A DNA stretch of 64,000 nt from Ostreococcus lucimarinus. Its lineage: Eukaryota. Position 1 is the first letter of the stretch; every line of letters begins with the position of its first letter. The notes under the pieces are model-generated. The model was given only the letters and a program-made list of their open reading frames with translations. It was not told where the DNA came from and did not search any database. This document shows, in pieces, positions 48,031 to 57,600 of this stretch. A program made the position numbers and the translations under genes. The DNA lies in assembly GCA_000092065.1 (NCBI GenBank), contig CP000597.1; one strand, 5' to 3'.

Positions 48031-49032
48031 CTTTTTCAAACGTTTTTCAAACCGACGCGCGCGCGAACCGACGGCGCGACACGCGCGCGCGCGCCCGCGA
48101 GCGCGCCTCACGCGCGGGCGACGCGGGACGACGCGGGAATAATACTCGCGCGGGCGACGCGCGTCGCGCGCGAACGCACGGCGCGAACGGACCGTCGGGC
48201 ACGGACAGAACGCGTCGAACGGCGCGAGGCGCGTTTAAACGACGCGCGGTCGCCATGGCGAACGTTCGACGGTCCGCGCGCGCGCGCGGCGCGGCGACGG
48301 GGAAACCGACGGCGACGCGCGGGCGACAAAATTCTCAACCGTTGATCGATCTCACGAATCGCGGCGGCGCCGCGCGGGGGCGCGCGCGGACGGGCGCGAG
48401 CGAGGCGAGGGGCGACGGCGAGGCGAAGCGGGCGCGCGGCGACGGGGGCGACGACGACGGCGCGAGCGAGGCGCGGGCGAAGGCGACGAAGCGGGCGCGG
48501 AGTCGAGAGAATGATTTTCGATGCACGGAATCGATGGACGCGACGAGAGGTACGTTTGATGGGAAGGGCGCATTGCGGGTTTGAATTCGCGCTCGAAGAG
48601 TTTGAAAAAATTCAAACGACTGACCGCGCGGTGTTTGAACGACAGCGACGGCGAGAGGAATGGTGGCGACGAACAGCGTGGATTATCCGTTTAGCGTCAG
48701 GGGAGGAAGACGGGAGCAGGAACGGGTGAAGGCGAACGTGTTGGCGCCGTACGTGGTGGATGGGAAGTATTTCAAGTGCGTGATTTGAGACGAGCGAGCG
48801 AACGCGCGCGAACGCGAAGACGTTTGAATTCGAAACGGCGACGACGGATTCGAGGATGAGAATTCGGAGGGTGATGCGACGCGTCGTCGATCGTGATGGG
48901 CGTCGCGAGATGTTGGTGATCAAACGCGGGCGCGCGCGGGCGTTGGGGGGATTTCGCGACGTGGATGGGTGGCGGTACATTTACAAGTTTGAGAGACTGA
49001 CGACGCGTTTAAAACTCGTTCAACCTTCGCAG

Positions 49033-49909
49033 CGTGGCGATTCGACAACAGCTCGTCGATTGGATGGCGGAACAGCACAATGCGATGTCGCTCACGGATG
49101 AGACGTTACATCTTGCGATCGTGTACGTGGATACGTTCTTGACGCATCGAGTTCCGGATACGTTTTTGCAGCGACACGGAAGCGGGAGCGAGCCTGTGGA
49201 AGCCAAGCCGCTGCGCGCGCTCGACGGCGACAGAGTTTTGCACGCTATGGATGCGCAACATCCTTTGTGCAACAAGCTCAAGCGCTTGGGCATCACGTGT
49301 GTATTCGTTGCGGCGAAAGTGACGGAAGTAACGACGCCTTCGGCGAACGTTTTCGCGCGCTATGCACAAGTGTCGTCGTTCACGCGCGAGCAGCTCTTGC
49401 TCGCCGAGCGCGCGCTGTTGCGAGAGATGAACTACGCGCTGATCCGCCCGACGGCGTTTTCGTTCGCCGAAGCCTACGTCGAGAGCGTTTTGCGCTCGAC
49501 GAATCGACTGCGAAGATTCCCCGATCGAATCGACTTTTGCGGTTCCGGGTTCGCCGACTACGGTGACATGCCGACGTGCTTCAAGGAGACGACGTACTAC
49601 TTGGTCGAGCTCTCGGCGTACGGACACGAGGGATTGAAATTCGCGCCATCACTCCTCGCCGCCGCCGCTGTGGCTTCATCGCTATCGTACTTGAAGATCA
49701 CTTGGGACGAGGTGCCGATCCTGGAAGAAGTCGTCGGATACACTTCAGACGAGCTCAAAGAACCGATTGATTTCTTGCGACGCGTTGCGCGAGACGCGCA
49801 AATGATCGAGGAGTGGGGCGAAGGTTTGATGGTGAACGAGAAGTATGAAGGATGTTCAAACTTTGTTTTCAGTGAGATTAACTCGGAGGGTGACCCGACG
49901 AGACGCTGA
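49033..49909 (+). CDS. Cyclin (3' exon holding most of the cyclin box and the C-terminal fold). Upstream exon(s) within about 48250..48550 are unresolved.
   Basis: Cyclin box QLVDWMAEQHNAMSLTDETLHLAIVYVDTFL...CVFVAAKVTEV and a second cyclin fold follow. The frame opens only at 49013, after a stop, and is preceded by a CTTCGCAG acceptor at 49025-49032. An upstream candidate exon ends at GAG|GTACGT (48546-48553) after a basic N-terminal region with a D-box-like RGRQNSQPLIDLTN. Confidence 0.6.
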
Positions 49910-50260
49910 AGGTAACATATAGAGAGGGTGGGTATATAGAGAGAGTTATAGAGAGTGTGTATGTTTTGCGACTCGCGCGAGTCGCAAACCCGTAAAATAT
50001 AGCAGCGACGCGGTGCGTAACCGACGTCGTCATTGATATGAAACGATATTAGGGCGCGATATGTATCTTGGATATTGAAAACCAGCGATGGATTTCACGC
50101 GCAAATTAGAACCGTGAGTAATGTTAATGACAACGACTTCTTATTGAAGATTTAAACAACGCACGCGCGCCGCCGACGCGTCTGATAATCAATGAAAGGA
50201 TTTGCAAAGGAATCTGGCGGCATGGGCAATAATATGAAAACAACGGGAGCGTGAAGCGAT

Positions 50261-51151
50261 TTATTTCAGCATGGAAACCCCGCTGGAAATGAGCGCGACG
50301 ACGATGAATTGTTTCACGTGCGCCTCGGGAATTTGCAGCGATAGGTTCTTCGCCACGAGATACGAACACGCCATCGCGGATCCCGCCAAGAGCGCGGCCG
50401 ATCGGAATTTTACGTTCCCGTTCCTAAAGTGCGCCGTACTCACCGCCAAATTCGTCAACACCGTCGCCAAGAGCGCGGTCCCACAAATCCTATGCACCTC
50501 CATATCCGTCATCCCCGTGAGATACGCCGACACCAATACCCCGCCGCCGACGCCCACCGTCCCTTGCAGTAACCCACACGCCACACCGAGCGCCAGCATC
50601 TCCCGCTCCCCACGCAGCGCTTCCATCCATCCGCCCCACTTATCGTGTCGATCTAAAAACTGATTCCGCACGATTTCCCACGTATTCGTCGCCGGTTCCC
50701 GCTCGCGTTTAATCGCCCAGCCCTCCTTCGCGTCCTTCCCCGCTTCCTCCACCTCCTCCGCGTGCTTCTTCAGCATCGCGCTCGGCGAGCACAGTATCAA
50801 CGCTCCCCCGAGCATCTTTCGCAGCGTCTTTCCGCTCAACCGTTTCGCGAGCAACTGTCCCACCGGCGTGCACGCCGCGCCGACGCAGCCCACCGTCACC
50901 GCCGCCGGGACATCGCTCACGCCGTTCTGCGCGTACGCGAAGCTCCCGGCCGCGGTCGCGCCCGTGACGGCGACGACGGCGGTGCCGACGATGTGTCGCG
51001 CCTCGTATCCGAGCTTGCTCAGGGCGGGGATGAAGACGACGGCGCCGCCGAGGCCGGTGACCGCGGACACGGAACCGGCGAATCCACCGCTGGCGACGGT
51101 GAACGCGCCGCGGACGAGCGAGGACGCGCGCGCGAGGTGAGGAGACGCCAT
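50261..51151 (-). CDS. TauE/SafE-family (DUF81) sulfite/anion exporter-like membrane protein.
   Basis: About eight hydrophobic helices show the internal two-fold repeat typical of TauE: GGFAGSVSAVTGLGGAVVFIPALSKLGY ... LLQGTVGVGGGVLVSAYL. ATG at 51149-51151. Confidence 0.6.
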   Translation of the reverse strand: MASPHLARASSLVRGAFTVASGGFAGSVSAVTGLGGAVVFIPALSKLGYEARHIVGTAVVAVTGATAAGSFAYAQNGVSDVPAAVTVGCVGAACTPVGQLLAKRLSGKTLRKMLGGALILCSPSAMLKKHAEEVEEAGKDAKEGWAIKREREPATNTWEIVRNQFLDRHDKWGGWMEALRGEREMLALGVACGLLQGTVGVGGGVLVSAYLTGMTDMEVHRICGTALLATVLTNLAVSTAHFRNGNVKFRSAALLAGSAMACSYLVAKNLSLQIPEAHVKQFIVVALISSGVSMLK

Positions 51152-51480
51152 CGAACGCGCGACGCGCGCGGCGAAGGCGCGAGCCGCGGCGCGACGCGGC
51201 GCGAAGTGGCGGGGCGGTTTTCAGGGTCGAACTGAGGGTCTGGGACTCAAGGGGAGGGACTCAAAAGGGCCGTGTTTTTTGTGTCATCGCGTAAAGACGA
51301 GACGAGAGGATCGCGCGGCGGGGGCGAACGACGACGACGACGTCTTCGGGAACGATCTCGAGTCGTAATAATTGAGTTCAAATAAAAAGTCAGTCACTCG
51401 CGAGAGACTTCTAGTAGTTATAGGGAATTAACAGCGCGTGGTGGACGCGCGGCGCGCGAATGATCGGCGACGCGCGGCGC

Positions 51481-53787
51481 TCATTGGCCCGCGCGCTCGT
51501 CGCGAGCGGCGGCTTCTTCAGCCTTCATCTTGGCGATCTTCCTCGACATGCCGAGAGTTTTGACGAGCGCCGGCGGGGCGTTGACCGGAGCGCCGTTGTT
51601 GTCGTCGCAGTCCTTGCAGTAGCAGAGCAAGATGGTGTCGATACCGAGTTCGACGATGGACATGAAGACGTTCGCGATGATGAAGGCAAACAAGACGACG
51701 ACGATGACGATGAAGAGCGGGGAAGAAACCTTTTCGTCACCGTAGTTGAACGTGTCGGCGTCGAGCATCAAGAAGGCGATCGTACCAGAGCCCAAGGCGA
51801 CGACCAGCTTGCCGAGGACGAGCATGATGTCGCCGACGATGTTGACTGTGGCGACGGCCGCGACGTTCTTCACCATGAGCGCCAAGGCGTTCCAGGCAGA
51901 GTTGCAGAAGGACGTGCCTTCGATGGCGGTCATGATGTACGCGTTGCGGTTCAACCACTCGATCGTCTTTTGCAAGTACCACAAGCAGTATTCCACGTAG
52001 TACCCGACGTACTTGATAATCTTGCTGTCCTTGGACAACTTTTTCATGCGGTGCACGATGAAGCGCACGATGAGTCGAATGAACTGCAACAAGGCGACGA
52101 AGAAAGAACCGACGGCGGCGGTACCGGTGTGGTACCACATCATCCTTTTGGTCGAGGTGATAATCGGTTTGTTCTTAAGGCCGTTGTAGTTACCGCCCTT
52201 GAAGTAGTACTGCACAAAGACGCACGCGATGATCAAGTAGCACATGGCGACGATCCACTGCGAGCCCCAGAGGAAGCCAAAGACGTAGTACGCGAGAGCG
52301 CCTTGCAAGTTGCGGTCCCAGACGGTCGCGTAACCGCAGTGGCAGTCATCAGTCGGCGTCGTCGAAGGAGTGGCGCAGTACATGTACGGCGGTTCGCCCG
52401 CCGCCAAGGTGCAATCTTGTTGCTTGACTTCACCCGCCGCGAACAAGTAGACGAAGGTGATGAGCCAGTAGACGAAGAGCAACACCATGGCAACGGCGGG
52501 CAAGATCGGGAACAGAGTCAACTGCGGCATCTTTCCGAGAGCACCCGTGGCAACCTTGATGACGCCGACGGCAACCTTGACGCGACGGAGCATCAACAAG
52601 GTGAAGAGGAAAATGACGCAGGTGAGCGCCGTCGAGATGTACGCGAAAATCTTGAGCGTGTCTTGACCGCTCTCAGCCGGATCGGCGTAGTTGGTGATAG
52701 AAGCCGACGCACTATCGGAAACCTTGCTCACGTACGCGTTGACTTGATCGGAACCGATGACACCGGCCTTGAGGTACAAGTAAATGGTGACCACGACGGC
52801 GAGCGCGTTCACCGAGAAGAGCGTGGTGTACGCGAAGACGCTGGTGAAGTATCGGAGGAAGAACAAGAAGGCGATGCTCAAAACGATCGGACAGGCGCCA
52901 CCGGCGACGACGACAACCTTCCAACCAGTGGTGAAGTCATCGATGTAGCGTTCCACCGTGGCGAGCGGACCAGAGAGCGCCTTGTCGATTTCGTCGCCGA
53001 GCAACTTGGTGTAAGTCCCCAAATTGCCGGAGCTGTAACCGGTGCCGAAAGGATCGACGTACGGACGTACTCCTACTGTCTCGGGCTCCTCGCGTTCCGC
53101 CTTCGTTTCTCCTTGCGAATCGCCGTCACCAAAGAGTTGGCAAGTGTAGAACGTGTTGACGCTCTCGTAGAGCACGGGGTAGCACGGCCCCATCCACTTG
53201 AGCGAGGACGTTTTTTGGGGGCCGCTCAAGTACTGGTAGTAGTCGTAGTTGTCCGCCACCCATTGATTCTTGTCGTAGTTCGGTTGGGACGCGATAGTGA
53301 CGTCTTCGGGGTAATCGCACACAAACGCAACCGAGCTGGCCGTCATTGTCGGCTTCGGGCATTCCTTCAAGCAAATGCTCTTCGCGTCGCGCAAGTTGTA
53401 CTTACGCGTCGCGCTCGCCGATTGATCGGTGTGCACACCCGCCGCCCAAGCGAGTTCGCCCGGGTTCATGAAATACCGCGTCTTGAACCCATCGTTCTTC
53501 CCTTGATCGCAAACTTCGCCGCGGTAATCGGTGCCGAAGAGCAAAATCTTCGGTTTCCCCGTGCCGACGCCGTAAAAGCCCAGCACGAGCATCGCGATCC
53601 AAAACGCGATGAAAACGATCAGAAACAAAATATCCGTGCATTTTCGCGGTCCTTTCATGTGTTGATCCAACTCATCCTTATCGCTGTGCGTCGAATCGTC
53701 GCGCGCGTTCGCGTCGTCAGTCGCGCGTTCGTCGCCACCTGGCGCCGCGTCTCCTCCCTCCTCCCCCCTCCCTCCATTCTCACCCAT
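51481..53787 (-). CDS. Choline-transporter-like (CTL/SLC44) family membrane protein.
   Basis: N-terminus ...KGPRKCTDILFLIVFIAFWIAMLVLGFYG, the typical CTL start; a Cys-rich extracellular loop; ten predicted TM helices in the conserved C-terminal half, matching the choline_transpo domain. The ORF-track start at 54264 is TTG. In-frame ATGs lie at 53856 and 53787, the latter chosen. Confidence 0.55.
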   Translation of the reverse strand: MGENGGRGEEGGDAAPGGDERATDDANARDDSTHSDKDELDQHMKGPRKCTDILFLIVFIAFWIAMLVLGFYGVGTGKPKILLFGTDYRGEVCDQGKNDGFKTRYFMNPGELAWAAGVHTDQSASATRKYNLRDAKSICLKECPKPTMTASSVAFVCDYPEDVTIASQPNYDKNQWVADNYDYYQYLSGPQKTSSLKWMGPCYPVLYESVNTFYTCQLFGDGDSQGETKAEREEPETVGVRPYVDPFGTGYSSGNLGTYTKLLGDEIDKALSGPLATVERYIDDFTTGWKVVVVAGGACPIVLSIAFLFFLRYFTSVFAYTTLFSVNALAVVVTIYLYLKAGVIGSDQVNAYVSKVSDSASASITNYADPAESGQDTLKIFAYISTALTCVIFLFTLLMLRRVKVAVGVIKVATGALGKMPQLTLFPILPAVAMVLLFVYWLITFVYLFAAGEVKQQDCTLAAGEPPYMYCATPSTTPTDDCHCGYATVWDRNLQGALAYYVFGFLWGSQWIVAMCYLIIACVFVQYYFKGGNYNGLKNKPIITSTKRMMWYHTGTAAVGSFFVALLQFIRLIVRFIVHRMKKLSKDSKIIKYVGYYVEYCLWYLQKTIEWLNRNAYIMTAIEGTSFCNSAWNALALMVKNVAAVATVNIVGDIMLVLGKLVVALGSGTIAFLMLDADTFNYGDEKVSSPLFIVIVVVLFAFIIANVFMSIVELGIDTILLCYCKDCDDNNGAPVNAPPALVKTLGMSRKIAKMKAEEAAARDERAGQ

Positions 53788-54455
53788 CGCGCGCGTCCGC
53801 GTCCGCGCCTCGTCCGCGCGCGATCGCGTCTCCATCGTCCTCGCGCGCGTCTCCATCGCCGCGCGTCCGATCCGCGCCGCCCGCGCGTCCGCGCGCGCGA
53901 CTCCCCGGACGATTCGATGCACGAATTTCGCGACGATTCTCAACGATCGTCGCCGCTCGCGCGCCTCTCGCGCGCCTCTCGCGCGTTCGCGCGCGCGTTC
54001 GCGCGCATCGCGCGAGCGCGCGTCCGTCGCCCGCGTCGCACGCGTCGCGCGCACCTCATGACGACCGTGATCGCGCGTCGCGCGCGTGTGCGGGCGCGCG
54101 CGACGACGCGCGTCGCCCGCGGCCCCGCGCTGTCGCGCGATCACGCGTTCGAGCGCCGAAAACGCCCATGTAAAACGACGAGGCGCGCGCGAACATAAAC
54201 GGTCGGTCGCCGTCGCGCGACGCCGCACGCGCGAGTCGTAAAAATTCAATTGGAAATTGTACAAATGTTATACGCGTTCGAGCGCGAAGAACGCCCGCGT
54301 AAAACGACGAGGCGCGCGTCGGCGTCGCGTCGGCACTCGGCGACGGTCGACGACGACGGCGCGCGCGATGGGCGACGGCGACGCGCGCGCGAGCGACGGC
54401 GCGATGGACGACGCGGTGCGCGGCGCGCGCGCGCGATCGGTGGTGCGGTGCGTGC

Positions 54456-54457
<2 letters not shown>

Positions 54458-54523
<66 letters not shown>
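54458..54523. repeat. Long (GAC)n microsatellite in the divergent CTL/ABCA spacer.
   Basis: cgacgacgacgacgacgacgacgacgacgacgacgcgacgacgacgacgacgacgacgacg is read directly. It produces the poly-Asp and poly-Thr spurious ORFs at 54250..54672. Confidence 0.85.
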
Positions 54524-54525
<2 letters not shown>

Positions 54526-54671
54526 AAACGACGCGACGCGACGTTTGACGAGGCGAAACGACGCGACGATGGCGGCGCGCGCGGGCGCGGCGCGCGCGAG
54601 ACGGTGGGACTGACGACGACGCGAAACGACGCGGCGACGCGCGCAGACGAGGGCGACAGTTTCGCGCGCTG

Positions 54672-57600
54672 ATGCGGAAAAATTACCTGCTGAAGACGAA
54701 GGGCGTGCTGCGGTGCTGCACGCTGTGCGAGATCTTGGTGCCGGTGATTTTCTTGGGGCTCATGTGCCTGCCGAAGGCGTTGGTGCCGGATTCGAGGACG
54801 AACGATGAGCTGTCGAGGCCGTACGCGCTCGCGGGGGGGATCGAGAGCGTGAACCAGAGGACGCCGAGGGGGTTTCGGTTCGTGGTGGCGCCGGCGAGCG
54901 CGGAGACGCTGGAGCTCGGACGGCGAGCGTACGTGCACGCGATGTGCTTGAGCGAGCGGTCGATCGCGAAGGATAGGAGCTATGCGAACGATTTTGAGGA
55001 CGGGAAAAAGAATTTGTTGAATTTGATGGATGATCAGGTGCAGGCGTCGTCGAACGTCGCGACGGGGGTCAAATCGGCGTTCGCCGCGCTGTCGTACGAC
55101 GTCACGGCGATGCCCGCGGCGTGTTCGGATGCGTGCCTGCAGGACTCGTCGTGCGTGACGAGTACGTGGGACGCTATTTTAGACGAAGTCGTCGTGACCA
55201 AGGCGGATGAAGCCGCGGCGATGGCGTACGTCGCCAGTCGTCCCGGGGAAGTTTTCGCGTACGCGCGTTTTGATTCGGGAGGTAACGTCGCGAGCACGCG
55301 CGCGTTCGCGTACACGCTGCGCTTGAATTCGACGAACGTTGCGAACGAGGACAAGGCGGTGGCGGCGTTCATGGAGGACGACTTTACCGGGAGATGGGAC
55401 AGCGCGTACAACACAGATGATTGGGCAAAGTACAAGTCGTTTGCGTATGCGCAAAACGCGTTCGACGCGGCGATCATCGACATGAAGGACGGAGGCAGTG
55501 CGTATAGCGTGACGTTAGACACATCTCTCAAGCCATTTCCTTGGTTGGGGTTCGACTACAACGTCGGTGGCGTCATCGCCGCAGCCTTTTACGGCTTCGT
55601 CGGCTCGCTCGCGTTTCAAACCAACGTCGTCCTCGTCATGAAATCCATCGTCGTTGAGAAGGAATTGCGATTGCGAGAAGGGATGAAGATGATGGGTATG
55701 TCAAACACGATGTTCTGGTGGTCTTGGTTCTTCACGCACTGGCTTTCGGCGATGATTTCCGTCGTCTTGATCACGTTGGTCGGGATTTACCCGTTTTCGT
55801 ACACGAATCAATTCATTCAATTCATCTTTTACACGTTTTGGGTGGCGTCTTTAACGCTTTGGAACTTTTGGATCTCGACATTCTTTTCCAAATCGATCAC
55901 CGCCACCATAGTCGGCTGTTTCGCATACGTCCTCACCATGGTTCCTTCCATCGCGGTCCGCATCACGCAGCCCGAGGGCAGCGGCGCTTGGATCTTAGCG
56001 TGCATATTTCCATCCGGGGCGATGAACATGTGGGGCGCGGCGCTGGCTATTCTGGAGGTGAATAAGAAGGGTATCACGATGGAGACATTCAACGAAGACG
56101 TAACGCTCAAGGGGAACGTCACGTGCGCTGGTATCTTAGGCATGGTGATTTTCGATTGCTTATTTTACGCGTTTCTCACCTTTTACTTCGACGCCGTGTG
56201 GAAAACCGAATACGGCACGCGCCAGCCTCCTTGGTTTCTATTCACGCGTAAGTACTGGTGCGGTGACGCGTCGAAGGTCATCGATGATGAAACGCTTGGA
56301 ATGCACGAGCAAGAGTCTGGGGACGCCGTCGAGCCGCTCACGAAGCAACAGATGAAGTCAGCCAGCGTCGTCGTTCGCGGTTTGACGAAGAAGTTTGGCG
56401 ACGAAGTCACTGCGGTGGATAATTTGAGTATGACCTTTGTTCCTGGCCAAGTGAGTGGATTACTTGGTCACAATGGTGCTGGTAAAACGACGACGATTAG
56501 TGTTCTCACGGGTATGATTGAACGGACCTCTGGTCGAGCGACTATTGACGGGTACGACACCAAAACCCAGATGCGAGAAATTCGCGCCGGTCTCGGTATC
56601 TGCCCTCAATTCGACGTCCTTTGGCCGACACTCACGGTGCGCGAACATTTACAATTATACGCCGCATTTGCGGGTATGCAAAAAGAGGATGTAGAACGAG
56701 AACTCAAGCAAGTCGTGGAAGAGGTTGCGCTGACGGAGAAGATTGACGCGAACTCGAAGGATCTATCGGGTGGGATGAAGCGTAAGCTCTCGCTCGCTAT
56801 TGCGTTTATCGGCAGTCCGTCCGTAGTGTTTCTCGACGAACCAACGTCTGGGATGGACCCTTACTCGCGACGATTCACGTGGGACGTCATTCGCAAACGA
56901 GCCGCCAACTGCACAGTCTTGCTCACGACGCACTTTTTGGACGAGGCTGATTTGCTGTGCGATCGAGTCGCCATCATGAGCGCTGGTCATCTTGCATGCA
57001 TCGGTTCGCCACTATTCCTCAAGTCTAAATTCGGCACTGGTTATCTGCTCACGTTTGCGCGTCATAGTCGCGCGTCATCGACGCAAATCGCGTCGATGAC
57101 GCAGCACAACTCGAACGCCATGCTGCGAGTGATTCAACACTTCGTACCCAAAGCCGTTGTTCACAGCGACGTCGGCGCCGAGCTATCGTTTTCTTTACCA
57201 TTCGAGTCTACCGGCGACTTTTCTGCGTTATTCAAGGCTCTCGATGAGCAGATCGGGAATTTAGGGTACGCAAGTTACGGCATCTCGTGCACCACGCTCG
57301 AGGAGGTATTTCTATCTCTCGCACATGGGGTGAAGGCGGCGTCCACGGCGCAATCGAAAGGCAAGGTTGTGGACTTAGACGCACCCGTGGAAGAAGCCGA
57401 CGAATGTGAAGACCTCGATGCAAAATTGGTCGCTGGCAACCGCAAGGACATTCGCCAAACCTACGCGAAGGGTGGTGCCTTACTCAGAATCCAACTCAAA
57501 CGCTTGCTCTGGAAGCGTTGGCTCAATTGGCGTCGCAGCATGCGGTCGATATTCATGCAACTTCTCGTACCTTGTTTGCTCGTCGTGCTCGCGCTTTATT

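Noticed and set aside
53820-53860. Repeated METRxR peptide and cgcgtctccatcg direct repeat at the candidate CTL N-terminus.
   Set aside because: It is a short 18-bp imperfect direct repeat in an Arg-rich low-complexity leader, probably noncoding 5' UTR or promoter. The CTL-conserved sequence begins further downstream, near 53787.
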